Translations under genes and position numbers: made by a program
The notes under the pieces: model-generated
What the model was told of the DNA's origin: nothing
Databases searched by the model: none
The model's input: only the letters and a program-made list of their open reading frames with translations
From: Chrysochromulina tobinii
Taxonomy: Eukaryota
Direction: 5' to 3'
DNA length: 20,000 nt
NCBI GenBank assembly: GCA_001275005.1
Contig: JWZX01003118.1
Location: forward strand, 60,516-80,515
Part shown: positions 1-9,939 of the stretch, piece after piece
How the letters are laid out: each line of letters starts with the position of its first letter
Position numbering within the stretch: the stretch's first letter is position 1

Positions 1-2
1 TT

Positions 3-98
3 CGCTCAGGCTGGTTCGATCTGAATTCTGACGTCGTCGAAGACGACGTCGAGGATGACGTCGAGGACAACGTCGAGGACGACGTCGAGGACGACTGA
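3..98 (+). CDS. 3' end of an upstream gene (partial), acidic tail ...RSGWFDLNSDVVEDDVEDDVEDNVEDDVEDD*
   Basis: Frame is open from the window edge to TGA at 96-98. The 12-bp repeat translates in frame as DDVE units and is followed by AT-richer, 3'UTR-like sequence. Confidence 0.5.
   Translation, partial: RSGWFDLNSDVVEDDVEDDVEDNVEDDVEDD
30..95 (+). repeat. 12-bp tandem repeat GACGACGTCGAG, ~5.5 copies (coding, DDVE)
   Basis: Units read directly: gacgtcgtcgaa, gacgacgtcgag, gatgacgtcgag, gacaacgtcgag, gacgacgtcgag, gacgac. Confidence 0.85.
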
Positions 99-271
99 GT
101 CTGAGAATTACGCTGATTAAGCGGAGTGCCGATCCCGACTTGAGGTTCGTTTATGTTTTCGTTTTTAGCCGACGTGCTGTAGCGTTTATTATTTTGTAGC
201 TAGTGGACGTAGAGGAAACAGCTGTACATCTGACGGGTCAAATTATATATACTTTGCCGTTTTGGTGGGCA

Positions 272-1012
272 TCAGCGCTCAGGCACCGCGGGACTCTCCT
301 CAGGCTCAGCCTTCAACAAGAGCGCCTCGATCTCCAGCTGCTCTCGCAAGAGATCATTTGTGTCGTCCAGATGCGCCCGAATCGCGCCGTAGGCGTGCAC
401 GATCTTGTAGTCGTACTCAGGGTAGGCTGCCGCTAGCCGCTTCCCCTGCCACTCCGCGAGGCGGCCGTGGAACGAATCGCCGCCGATGGCGATGCTCTGT
501 TCCCTTGCAAACTGCATGCACAGCAGGAAGAATGAGAGCGCTCCCGTGCTGGGCTCCATCCACGCCCATGCCCACATGCCGACCTCGAGGCAGGTATCCG
601 CGTCGCCTATTTCGGGCGGAGCCGCCGTCACCAAGTAGTGATTGAAAAGCGAAGCGCTCGGGTAATGAAAGAGGAGAGGGATGGACACCCATCCGGTAAT
701 GAGCGCGCCGTAGATGGCCACCTTATGCGGTGCCTCAATGATGGGATCGTTGGGATCGATGAGCGCTCCCATTTGACAAAGTCTTGCCGTCGTATGCTGG
801 TACTCGACTCCATCGACAGCCATGATCTCCCGCCGTAGTCTCTCGCGCACGGCGGCCGGATGCGCTGGCGATTCCTCTGCGAGCCGAAAGATTGTGAATG
901 GGTCGAGTGCGCGCACGTCACACGCGCTCCTCGAGCGCACGCACAAGCGCCTGGAAGTCGTGCGCAGCGGCAGACTGGCGGCGCTGCTTGCACGGGCCAG
1001 GTGTTGCAGCAT
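272..1012 (-). CDS. Hypothetical membrane protein (246 aa), probable organellar (mitochondrial-type) transit peptide, two hydrophobic segments
   Basis: ATG-initiated ORF. N-terminus is R/S/A-rich and acid-free (MLQHLARASSAASLPLRTTSRRLCVRSRS). Hydrophobic stretches are VAIYGALITGWVSIPLLFHY and GALSFFLLCMQF. Composition is protein-like, unlike the overlapping shadow ORFs. Confidence 0.75.
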   Translation of the reverse strand: MLQHLARASSAASLPLRTTSRRLCVRSRSACDVRALDPFTIFRLAEESPAHPAAVRERLRREIMAVDGVEYQHTTARLCQMGALIDPNDPIIEAPHKVAIYGALITGWVSIPLLFHYPSASLFNHYLVTAAPPEIGDADTCLEVGMWAWAWMEPSTGALSFFLLCMQFAREQSIAIGGDSFHGRLAEWQGKRLAAAYPEYDYKIVHAYGAIRAHLDDTNDLLREQLEIEALLLKAEPEESPAVPER

Positions 1013-1364
1013 ATATCCGATATCAGCGGTTGGGGCTGACTGCTGGGGCAGACAAAGTAGTTTGAACTTGAAATTTTCGCGACTGTGAACGCACCGTGTG
1101 AAGAGACTGTCCTCCGGTCGCCTCGCCAGGCTGCTTGTGTATGTACTGTAGAATCACAGTACATGCGGAGCCGAGCGTCGGCAACATATATGGCTCTCGG
1201 GTCTCACGAGAATCCTTGGAACATTAGTGGCACAACCGAGAAGGGGGCTGCCAGAGAGTGGTCCCCCGCGTCCCACCGTGGTGTCCACGAATCCAACGAA
1301 CTGTACTGCTCTCGTGAGTCGGGTGCTCTGCTGCTCGGCTGCTCGGCTGCTCTGGCGTCTCTCT

Positions 1365-4300
1365 TCACTGCTGTCCCTGCCGCCGCGCCCGACCTGCAGA
1401 TACTGCCGCCGTCACCGAGCTGGCCGCCGCAGGCCCCGCAGCAGCTGCGGCCGCGCCAGCCTCCGCCTCGGGCCGCTTTGTGGCCCGTGTGTAGCTCCAG
1501 TACGCGGCCATCGCGAGGATCATGTTGCCTTCGGTGTAGTAGAGCCACGCCGCCCCGGCCACGCCGACCGCAAGGTACTTAGCCGAGTTGGGCCCCCAAA
1601 AGTCGGAGAGAGAGAGAGAGGCGGCCTCGCGCAGCTGCGAGCGGAAGATCTGCGGCGCGAAGATCGCGAGGCACAGGCGGTCCCAAACGAACGCGCCGAG
1701 CAGCGTGACACCGATGAGGCCGAGCAGCATGTAGCGCATCTCGTCGCTGGGCAGCGGCACGAGCCCAAGCGTCGAGTTCAAGACGGGCACGAGCTCCCAT
1801 GCAGCCACTACGAGGCCCGCTACGAGACCGAGCAATGAGTAGAGCAGCGCCGGGTTCTCCGTCGCGCCGCGCATCCACGGGCGGCCCTTGTAGTTCACGA
1901 GCATCACCGCCACCTGCTGCGCCGTTTCGACGAGGAAGACGACGGTGTTGAGCAGATTGGGTTTATGGGCGGAAAAGGAGACGCCTCCAGCCGCGGCGGC
2001 GTCGGCGCTGCCCCCCTCGGGCGGCGTGGACGGCTCGCCCAAGGCTTCGAGCTTCTCCTGCTTGCGCTGGAAGGCGATCGCGGCGGCGAGCTCGGACGAG
2101 GACATGGAGGTCTTCGCCAGCTGGAGAGCGTAGAGCATGCAACTTGCATGCACGGCGAGCTGCCCGAGCACTGAGAGGAGCAGCGCAGGGTGGAAGATGG
2201 AGGCGAGGGGGAGCGTGGGCGAGAGTCGGTCGAGCGGACGCGCAAACGAGAAGGCGATCGACGCGACCGAGAGCAGCAGCCCGCTCGCGATCAGCTGCGG
2301 CTCGGACGAGCGCGAGCCTTCGAGCGAGAGCGCTGAGAGGGAGTAGGCCGAGATGAGGCAGTGTAGCATGAGGATCTGCTGCTGCTGGACCGTCGACACG
2401 AGGGTGCAGTGCCCCTGGCGCACAATATCGACACAAGAGCGGATCGACGGCAGCTTGGACGTGAAGGGCGCCGCGATCGACGCATCGCCCAGCTTCACCA
2501 TCGGGGGAGCCAGACCATTCTCGTCCTCGTCCATCTCCATGGCCGCCGCGATGAAGGAGGCTTGCCCAGCGAGCCCACCGCCGTACTTTTGGCCGAGCAC
2601 GCGCTGCTGCTCCACCATCTCGTTCTTCATGCGTTGCGTGGCGGCCGTGAGCGCCTTGAACTGCGCCATCACGGGCCCCGTGCCTTCCGCCACCAGCCGT
2701 GCAAGCTCTTCCTGCACGTATTGAGGCTGCCGTGCGCGGATCTCGGCCTGCTTCGCCTTGAGCTCGGCCTGAAACTTTTGGGCCATGACGCTGCGCTTCT
2801 GGTCTTGCCCTTTGGCAATGGCCGCGAGCTCCTCCTCGGCGCTCACCTTGGCGCCCTCCTTGCCCGCGTCTGCCGCGCCGCCCACCTCGGCGCCTTCTTT
2901 GCCCGCGTTGGCGTTGCCAAATCCGGTGAGCAGTGAGACGCCCACGTCCGCCGTCTTGAGCGCACCCACGTCGTTGCCGCCGTCGCCGCACATGAGCGTG
3001 GCGCGTCCCTTCTTGCTCAGAATCTTGTTGAGTGCGCGCACCACAGTCTCTTTACCCTCTGGCGACATTCGCGCAAAGACGGCCACTTGGTCGGCCACCG
3101 GCCACATGTCGATGCCTGCGGCCTCGGCGGCGCTGACTAGTGCTGTCCAGTTCGCGCCGGTCACGAGCAGGTCGTGCCCCGCCGTGCGCAGACGCTTGAC
3201 CGTGTCCATCGGGTCCTTGTCGCCCGCCGCGATGGGCGCGAGCACGTCTGTGGAAAGCGCCGGCCTCCACGAGAAACTCTCAAGGGCGGCAGGTGGCGGC
3301 GGCGCGCCGCCCGCGCCCACGACGGCGGCGCCCACGCCCAGCGCCTCGTAGTGCAGCAGCAGCGGCGGCTTGACGGCGATGCCCGCGCTCGCGACGGTGC
3401 CCGTCATTCCCACCTGCTGCGCTACGTAGAGCGCGGTGAGGGGTGCGTCACCGGTGAGCATAATCGTCACGTGCTGCGACTCGCGCAGCGCGCGGATGAC
3501 CGAGGCCGAATCCTTCCGCACTGGGCATCCAAACGCGAGGAAGCCTCCAAAGGTGAGGCCACTCTCGACCCACGAACGCGGCTTCTTGGCATACACGGCC
3601 GCCTCGGCCGCCGCAAGGCCCTCGCCACCGCATCGCTTGTACGCCAGAGCTAGCACTCGGAGTCCTTGCTCGGCGAGCCGCGTGTACGTGCTCTCGTACC
3701 ACTCGGGCTTGCCGCCGACGGCCTCGCCGCCCGGCTTGAGCAGCTTGCCGACGGCCTCGGGAGAGCCCTTAGCGAGGCAGAGCACTGCGTCCTCCGACCG
3801 CCCATCGGCCGTGCGCAGATTCTTCACGTGCGCCACGACGCTCATGCGCCCCAGCGACGAGGCGAAGTGATGCCGGTGCACGATCCGAACTGTCATGCCG
3901 CGGTGCAGCGCTGCCGCGCGCCGCGCGACGCCGCGCTCGCGCGCCGCCTTGGCCTCGTCCACCTTGGCCGTTGCGGCTTGCACCTCCAGAGCTGCTGCTG
4001 CTGCTGCCGGCGGCCCCGTCGAGGTAGCACGCCCTGGCACGGCTTGGCCGCCTTGGCCACCGGAGGCGGAGCGCTTGGCGGCCACGAGCGCTGTCGCGAG
4101 CGCTCCCTCGGCCTGCTTGAGCGCCATGTCGAGCGCCGGCAGCGGGTCGATGGCCGAGGCGGTGGCGGTGGCGGCGTCGTACGACCAGCCAAAGGCGTTG
4201 ATGGCCGCGAGCTCGATTGGATCTCCCATCAGCTGACCCTCGACTTGGAGAAGCGCATGGCAGCCGCCCACCACGCACGTCATCTCCGCGGAGGCGGCGC

Positions 4301-5036
4301 TCATCGACTGGATCGGGCGCGCACTCACCGCCGAGACGGCGCCCTCGGAGGAGACGGCGCCCGAGACGGCGCCCGAGACGAGCCCGCGTAGAGTGAGCTC
4401 GTCCGTCGTGAGCGTGCCCGTCTTGTCGAAGAGGCAGTGCGTGATCCTACCGGCATACGGCACGCGGAAGGGCTCGGTGCAGAAGACTTGCGCCTTCATG
4501 AGCGCCATGAGCGCGGTGTTGACGGCGAGTGCGGCCTGCATGGGCAGCTCCGGCGGCACGACCGACGTCAGGATGAGCACACACTTGAGAACAAGCTCAT
4601 ACTGCGTCTTCTTGCCCTCCTCGAGGCCCTTCTTGAGCACGTAGCCCGCGGACGCGAGCGCGAACGTGAGCAGCAGCAGCAGCAGGCCGAGGGTCTCCAC
4701 CTTGTCTGCGGTCACCTTGGCCGTCGAAAACTCGATCATGCGCATGAGCTCGCCCTGCGAGGACGAGAACGCCGTCGCGAGCACGTAGCACACGCACCCA
4801 TCCTCTGGCGGTGTGGGCACGTTGGGGCAGTTGGTGATCGAGCGCTCCCCCTTCGCTTCGCTGCCCTCGCCCACGGCGCCGGTGCCGTCTGCGTCGGCGC
4901 CCTCGACGACGACGACCGCCTTCCCCGTCGCCTGCAGCAGCAGTGTGCCCGAATAGAGCGTATGCACGCGGTGCGTCGACTTGATGTCCAGCCGGTCGCC
5001 CTTGTCCTTGTGCTCGACGGTCAGAGGGTCCTTGAG
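1365..5036 (-). CDS. ATP13A1: P5A-type P-type ATPase (Spf1/ATP13A1 family), exon 2
   Basis: Motifs PPELP (P5 M4 signature), phosphorylation site DKTGTLT, KGSPE, TGD, GDGGND, and the P5A-typical GDASIAAPFTSK and NYKGRPWM, plus C-terminal TM helices. Exon starts LKDPL after the acceptor ...TTCCACAG. Confidence 0.92.
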   Translation of the reverse strand, partial: LKDPLTVEHKDKGDRLDIKSTHRVHTLYSGTLLLQATGKAVVVVEGADADGTGAVGEGSEAKGERSITNCPNVPTPPEDGCVCYVLATAFSSSQGELMRMIEFSTAKVTADKVETLGLLLLLLTFALASAGYVLKKGLEEGKKTQYELVLKCVLILTSVVPPELPMQAALAVNTALMALMKAQVFCTEPFRVPYAGRITHCLFDKTGTLTTDELTLRGLVSGAVSGAVSSEGAVSAVSARPIQSMSAASAEMTCVVGGCHALLQVEGQLMGDPIELAAINAFGWSYDAATATASAIDPLPALDMALKQAEGALATALVAAKRSASGGQGGQAVPGRATSTGPPAAAAAALEVQAATAKVDEAKAARERGVARRAAALHRGMTVRIVHRHHFASSLGRMSVVAHVKNLRTADGRSEDAVLCLAKGSPEAVGKLLKPGGEAVGGKPEWYESTYTRLAEQGLRVLALAYKRCGGEGLAAAEAAVYAKKPRSWVESGLTFGGFLAFGCPVRKDSASVIRALRESQHVTIMLTGDAPLTALYVAQQVGMTGTVASAGIAVKPPLLLHYEALGVGAAVVGAGGAPPPPAALESFSWRPALSTDVLAPIAAGDKDPMDTVKRLRTAGHDLLVTGANWTALVSAAEAAGIDMWPVADQVAVFARMSPEGKETVVRALNKILSKKGRATLMCGDGGNDVGALKTADVGVSLLTGFGNANAGKEGAEVGGAADAGKEGAKVSAEEELAAIAKGQDQKRSVMAQKFQAELKAKQAEIRARQPQYVQEELARLVAEGTGPVMAQFKALTAATQRMKNEMVEQQRVLGQKYGGGLAGQASFIAAAMEMDEDENGLAPPMVKLGDASIAAPFTSKLPSIRSCVDIVRQGHCTLVSTVQQQQILMLHCLISAYSLSALSLEGSRSSEPQLIASGLLLSVASIAFSFARPLDRLSPTLPLASIFHPALLLSVLGQLAVHASCMLYALQLAKTSMSSSELAAAIAFQRKQEKLEALGEPSTPPEGGSADAAAAGGVSFSAHKPNLLNTVVFLVETAQQVAVMLVNYKGRPWMRGATENPALLYSLLGLVAGLVVAAWELVPVLNSTLGLVPLPSDEMRYMLLGLIGVTLLGAFVWDRLCLAIFAPQIFRSQLREAASLSLSDFWGPNSAKYLAVGVAGAAWLYYTEGNMILAMAAYWSYTRATKRPEAEAGAAAAAAGPAAASSVTAAVSAGRARRQGQQ

Positions 5037-5268
5037 CTGTGGAAGGACGCCGAGAAGAAGGCGATCAGTGGCCATCATCATGGGTCATTAGGGGTCATTA
5101 GGGGTCATTAGGGGTCACCAGGGGTCACCAGGGGTCATCAGGGGTCATCAGAGGTCATTAGGGGTCATCAGGGGTCATCCGGGGTCATCCAGGGTCATCC
5201 ATGGGTCGTCGGGGGTCTTCTCATCAGTGGTCATCAGAGGTCCTCAGGGGTCATCAGGGGGCACTCAC
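5037..5268 (-). other. Spliceosomal GT-AG intron (232 bp, phase 0) in the P5A ATPase gene
   Basis: Minus strand shows donor CAG|GTGAGT at 5268, a branch-point-like CTGAT, a pyrimidine-rich tract, and acceptor CCACAG|CTC at 5037. Splicing joins TGESIPQ to LKD, restoring the conserved P5A TGESxPQxK motif. Confidence 0.9.
5081..5260. repeat. Intronic 10-bp minisatellite GGGGTCAYYA, ~17 degenerate copies
   Basis: Consecutive units ggggtcatta / ggggtcacca / ggggtcatca / ggggtcatcc are visible in the sequence. Confidence 0.95.
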
Positions 5269-6738
5269 CTGTGGGATCGACTCGCCCGTCAGAGTGGACT
5301 CGTTGACCACCGCACCGCCGCGCAGCACGACGCAGTCGGCGGGCACGGTGAGAGGTTCTGCACCCGCCGGCCGGCGCAGGCAGATGATGTCCGACGGCAG
5401 CAGGCTCGTCGACGGCACGAGGACCCAAGCGCCGTCGCGGTAGCAGTGGAGCGAGAACCCTTTGGCTGACATGCCGCGGAGCTGCTGCATGTTCTTGAGA
5501 CGCGACAAGGCGGTGGTGCCCTCGAAGCTCAGGATCATAAAGAGCGTGAAGAGCGTGTACTTCCAGTACTCGTCCAAAATCCAAAGCACACAGCAGAGCA
5601 GCTGGAACATCGCGATGGGAGACGCGAGCTGCTCCTTGTAGAGATCGATCCACGTTGGCAGTGGGATCTCGAAGGAATTGGCGCCAAACCGCTCTTGCGC
5701 GCGCCCAACGGCCGCCCCCGCCAGACCCGCCGCCCCGGCGTACTCGCCGAGCGGCAGCGCCACCGGGCACAGCAGCGGCAGGCACGCGCCCACCGACCCC
5801 GCGGGGACCACCGACGCGGCGGCAGCGCGCTCGTCCGTCGCGCCGCCGCCCACCGCCCTCTCGCCGAGCGACACCACCTCGAACTTTTGGCGCTGGTGCA
5901 CGAAGAAGAGGGTGCCGTCCGAGGAGCGCTCGAGAGGCACGATCTCGGCCGCGCCGCGGTGCGGCGGCGGCACCACACGCGCGTACGAGCCCACCTCGAG
6001 CGTACGGGTGGGAGAATAGTACATGAGCGCTCTGAAGGCGACTGACCAGTGCGTGCTCATGTGCACGAGGAGCAGAGCGAGCAGGCAGCCGAAGAGGGCG
6101 AGCGACGCCCAAAACGAGGGCAGATACTTGCTCGGCAGCTTCTTCTCGTCCTCTTCATGTCGATCGCTCGCCTCGTCGAGGTCGCTGCTCAACTCGATGG
6201 CTGCCTTGACGCGCTCAAGCATGGCGGATGCACCGGCGAGATTCAGAGTCCCCAGTCGATTCTCGATGATCCCCAGCTGCAGCTTCTTGGCGGCCGAGCG
6301 CAGGTGGTACTGATCGACGATGGGCCGCCCGTCCGTGTGCAACTCGATGGCTCCGGAGAGCGCCACGCTGATCGCCTCTGGCTCCTCCGCATCGACGGCC
6401 TGCGTGAGTGCATCCAGCCGCTGGCGCAGCTTGCGGTGCAGGTCCTTGCCCTCTTCAAAGAGCGTCTCGTTGAAGGTGGGCAGATCGGCGGCGCGCGTGA
6501 GACCCGACTGCAGCGAGAGCAAGCTGCGCCGGTCGATGCCCTCTGCGAGCGCGGCGGTAGCCTGGATGCGCTCGTTTTGCTGGACTGTCTGCTGATAAGG
6601 CTCGCCGACTGTGGAGACGAGCCATCGGAAGACGATCGCGTGCAGCAAAGCGAGGGCCGCGAAGACGAAGTACGAAATGCCGCCCTTGCGGTGCACGAAG
6701 ACCGCACTCAGGGAGGGTGGGTGCGCGAGGCGTGGCAT
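5269..6738 (-). CDS. ATP13A1: P5A-type P-type ATPase, exon 1 (spliced product ~1713 aa from ATG 6738; upstream in-frame ATGs exist as far as 6918)
   Basis: N-terminal TM pair, FGANSFEIPLPTW, FQLLCCVLWILDEYW, VPADCVVLRG and the actuator motif NESTLTGES. The start codon choice is inferred. Confidence 0.88.
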
Positions 6739-7269
6739 AGGCCGCGTGGAGTAAAATTCACAGGAAGACCTTGCCCACCACCGTCTCGTGAACCGACCTT
6801 TCACCCCGCCCCTCCCGCCCACTTTAAGCGCGTTCTTTGGAATGATCATGCGAAGATCTTCGCAAAATGACCGCAAACAGCGCCATGGCCACACTGAAAA
6901 CAATCGCGCGCTCGCCATCCGGATGGTAAGTCAACATCGCGCCTCCTTCGTCCTTCGCGCGATAACTTTGGACGCAACACGGCGCCGCGCCTCGGCGCAG
7001 CGGCGTCGCCTCTCGCCCGCCGTGGCCGGCTGGGTGGGTCGGCTGCCACGGTGCCGGCTTGTCCTCGACCTTATGCCGGCTCGTCGTCGTTGCGCTGAAG
7101 CTCCAACTCGACTCTAAATCCCTACTAGCGGTCCTGGTTAGCATGGACCACTCATGTTCCAAAAGATGCCCCCCACACATCGGTTTCCGTTTCATTCGAT
7201 GTGTGCCTTTTTGGGTATGTTATGTCGCATCTGTTTCACTCGTGGCGACTCCCCGACATAGCTCTCGGG

Positions 7270-9939
7270 ATGAAGAAGGAGATGAAGGGGCACAGGATGA
7301 AAGCTATCAGCACGAAAGTGGAGCTATCGGCGGAGATGAATGTGCGGTCCCGCAAGAAGCTGATCTTTGAGATGCAGAAGGATGCCATGCTCTTTGCCGA
7401 GTACGACCAGAATCAGGACCGGAAGATAGATTTTGGCGAATTCATTGCCTTGCAACCAAAGGGCGTGCGCGATGCATTTGGTGCCGAAGAAATTCGCGTA
7501 TGGTTCGACGCGGCCGATGTCGACCGCGACGGCACTTTGTCGATCTCTGAATTCTTCCGATGGTCGGCCGCGAAGGCTTCGAAACGGCATGGCGCAGAGA
7601 TGTTGGAGAGTGCGTTCCACGTCTACGACAAAGATTCCACCGGTCAGCTGGATGCCATCGAGTTTGAGCAGGTGTGCAAGGATTTGGGCTTTGGATCGGT
7701 CGCATACGAAATCTTTTCGGCTTTGGATAATGACGGCTCTGGGACCGTCGCGTACGGTGAGCTGGTCTCCGCCTCCACCCCGACGCCGAGCCACGATAGC
7801 GCGAGCGATCACGATCCCGTGGATACCACGGGCTGGATCATCCATGGGCGCGACGCGCCGAACGTGCAAAGTGAATTGCAGAAGCTGCTGCACGAGAGCG
7901 GTCTTCTAGTGGTCGATCTTATGAAAGTCTTTGAAAAGGACATGAGCAATGAAATCGACTCGATGGAATTCTTCACTACGATGCGCGAGAGGCTCGGCTT
8001 TCGCGGTGAAAAGCGCGTGCTCGACGCCGTCTTCAAGAGCCTCGACGATGACGGCAACGGTGTCATCGGCTATGATGAGCTCTACGAGTTCATACGCGGT
8101 CGGAAGCACTCGCTCGACGAACGGCACTTCAACCGGGCGGTTGGGAAGCTCGTGCCGGAGCCGCAGCTTGACGTGAAAACGGGCCTGGAAGTGCGGCCGT
8201 CGCTCGAAGAGATCGCGTGGGATCCCGAGGCCCTTCGCGTGCTCATCAAGCAGATGCTCGGGCGCTGTAACCTCGCGCCGACCCATCTGCTGCGCGCGTG
8301 GGACGAAACCGAGGTACGAAACGGAAGCAGCGGACTCACGCGCGTCGCGTTTGCGACGCACGTGCGAAAGCTGCTGCGCGAAGAGGATGACGACCTATGG
8401 GTCAGCGAGGTCGCACCTGTCGCGGACGCGACGTTTGACATCATCCTGAAGGCGGTGCGCGGAGGGAACATGCTCCAGAAGGTGGGCATCGTTCACCTCG
8501 TGCTGTGGCTCAATGTCCCACCGGGGCGCGCCGCGCTGCCCTTGAAGACGCGTGGCGAGCTGAAACGCATGCGCGCGCGGCGACTTGAGATGGCGGCGCC
8601 GGCGCGGTCCACTAAGAGCCACGTCGACCTCTCTGCTCGCGCCCGTGAGGCGATCGAACTCGCGGCCGCAAGGGCCAAGGACGTTGCGCAGGCAAAGGCC
8701 GCCGCGGAGGTGAGACACGGCGTCACGCCACTCCGAAGGAATGGCCTGCCACCCTTGCAACGATGGGAGGTGCCCCGGTCCCTCGAGCCGCCGCCAAAGC
8801 CGAGCAGTGCGGGTTTGATGCCAGCGAGCGCTTCGGCCGATGCGCTGGTACCGCGTCGCGATGAAACCAAGGCGACACAACCGTTAGTCTGGCCGGGGCA
8901 GTGGCGGCGACATCGGCTGGTGGGCATTAGTGCTGGGCATCGGTGGTGTGCTCCGGCGGGCTCAAGTGGGCACACCTTAGGCAGGTGGTTTCCGACGGAC
9001 GGTCCAATGCCCAAGGTGCACCGTCCGAGCACCGTCCGACTGCATGCACGCTCTATGCCGTCCTCGCTTGAGCCGCTGTCTCCACCGCAACAGCGGCTGG
9101 CAAAGACGGCGCCTGCGACCGAGCATGCAGCCTTCCACGAGACACGCGCGAACCTCGCCCAAAACCCGACGAGAGAGGCGACGAGTGAGATGACGAGCGA
9201 GAAGTTGCCTGGGGAGCTCAAAGCCGACAGTCCCAAAGAAGGAAGACCAAAGCAATCGAGCCCGCTCTGCGTCTCCTCGACAATCATCGCGCAGCAGCGT
9301 GATTGCATTACCGAGGTGGTCGTGGCTCAAGGCCTGCAATCCCATCCCGCAGAGCCGTTGCAATGGGTGAGCAGCAAACCAAACGACCAGAAGTGTGACG
9401 GCACGAGCAGGCCGCAAGCCGACACAGACGAGCCAGCCATATTCGGTGGCAGCAGCAGCATTCGATTCTTCAGCCTACCCGCTCCAGTACGGGCGAACTC
9501 GCGGATGGACTCTATAACCACCGAGCTGGTGGGGGTGCCGAGCGCGAGTGAGGCCGAGGTGCGCGAGCTCTCCGAGGCATGCAACGCGCGAATGCTCGAG
9601 CTCGTCGGGTACGACCCCACGAAAGCCGCCTGGTTCAAATTCTATCGGCGCGTCGACTCCGACCAAAGTGGCCGCATCGACTTTAAGGAGTTTCGTCATA
9701 TGCTTCGGGTCGAGCTGCAGCTGAGCCCGAAGGTCATGGATGATCACCGGCTAAAGACGGCGTGGGTCGCGCTCGACGTTGACAGCTCGGGATACATTTC
9801 TGCGGGCGAGTTTGGCTCATTCATGAACCGTGGCGACCGCGTGCTCAACGAGGCCAAGGAGTACGCGCTCGCCACTCCTGAGCTGCAGCGCCTGCAGCAG
9901 CGCCTCCACTTCCAGCCAAGCACTGCTTCTGGAAGGTAG
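7270..9939 (+). CDS. Multi-EF-hand calcium-binding protein (about 8 EF-hand loops); start uncertain (ATG 7222 or 7270)
   Basis: Loops DQNQDRKIDFGE, DVDRDGTLSISE, DKDSTGQLDAIE, DNDGSGTVAYGE, EKDMSNEIDSME (degenerate), DDDGNGVIGYDE, DSDQSGRIDFKE and DVDSSGYISAGE. Confidence 0.85.
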   Translation: MKKEMKGHRMKAISTKVELSAEMNVRSRKKLIFEMQKDAMLFAEYDQNQDRKIDFGEFIALQPKGVRDAFGAEEIRVWFDAADVDRDGTLSISEFFRWSAAKASKRHGAEMLESAFHVYDKDSTGQLDAIEFEQVCKDLGFGSVAYEIFSALDNDGSGTVAYGELVSASTPTPSHDSASDHDPVDTTGWIIHGRDAPNVQSELQKLLHESGLLVVDLMKVFEKDMSNEIDSMEFFTTMRERLGFRGEKRVLDAVFKSLDDDGNGVIGYDELYEFIRGRKHSLDERHFNRAVGKLVPEPQLDVKTGLEVRPSLEEIAWDPEALRVLIKQMLGRCNLAPTHLLRAWDETEVRNGSSGLTRVAFATHVRKLLREEDDDLWVSEVAPVADATFDIILKAVRGGNMLQKVGIVHLVLWLNVPPGRAALPLKTRGELKRMRARRLEMAAPARSTKSHVDLSARAREAIELAAARAKDVAQAKAAAEVRHGVTPLRRNGLPPLQRWEVPRSLEPPPKPSSAGLMPASASADALVPRRDETKATQPLVWPGQWRRHRLVGISAGHRWCAPAGSSGHTLGRWFPTDGPMPKVHRPSTVRLHARSMPSSLEPLSPPQQRLAKTAPATEHAAFHETRANLAQNPTREATSEMTSEKLPGELKADSPKEGRPKQSSPLCVSSTIIAQQRDCITEVVVAQGLQSHPAEPLQWVSSKPNDQKCDGTSRPQADTDEPAIFGGSSSIRFFSLPAPVRANSRMDSITTELVGVPSASEAEVRELSEACNARMLELVGYDPTKAAWFKFYRRVDSDQSGRIDFKEFRHMLRVELQLSPKVMDDHRLKTAWVALDVDSSGYISAGEFGSFMNRGDRVLNEAKEYALATPELQRLQQRLHFQPSTASGR

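Noticed and set aside
14..24. GGTTCGAT as a tRNA T-loop / Pol III B-box
   Set aside because: No cloverleaf, acceptor stem or A-box is visible; it lies in a probable coding frame.
4333..4380. Short GAGACGGCGCCC repeats in the ATPase
   Set aside because: In-frame low-complexity loop (SGAV-type repeats); ordinary.
5037..5081. ORF-track start MMMATDRLLLGVLPQ of the 1238-aa ORF, and treating the 554-aa and 1238-aa ORFs as two genes
   Set aside because: These codons are intronic; splicing 5268-5037 joins both ORFs into one P5A ATPase.
5081..5260. Repeat array as CRISPR or telomeric repeat
   Set aside because: There are no unique spacers and no cas genes; it is a degenerate 10-mer inside a spliceosomal intron.
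272..9939. Calcium-handling gene cluster (MCU-like + P-type ATPase + EF-hand protein)
   Set aside because: P5A ATPases are ER transmembrane-helix dislocases rather than established Ca2+ pumps, the MCU similarity is unproven, and eukaryotic adjacency is weak evidence.
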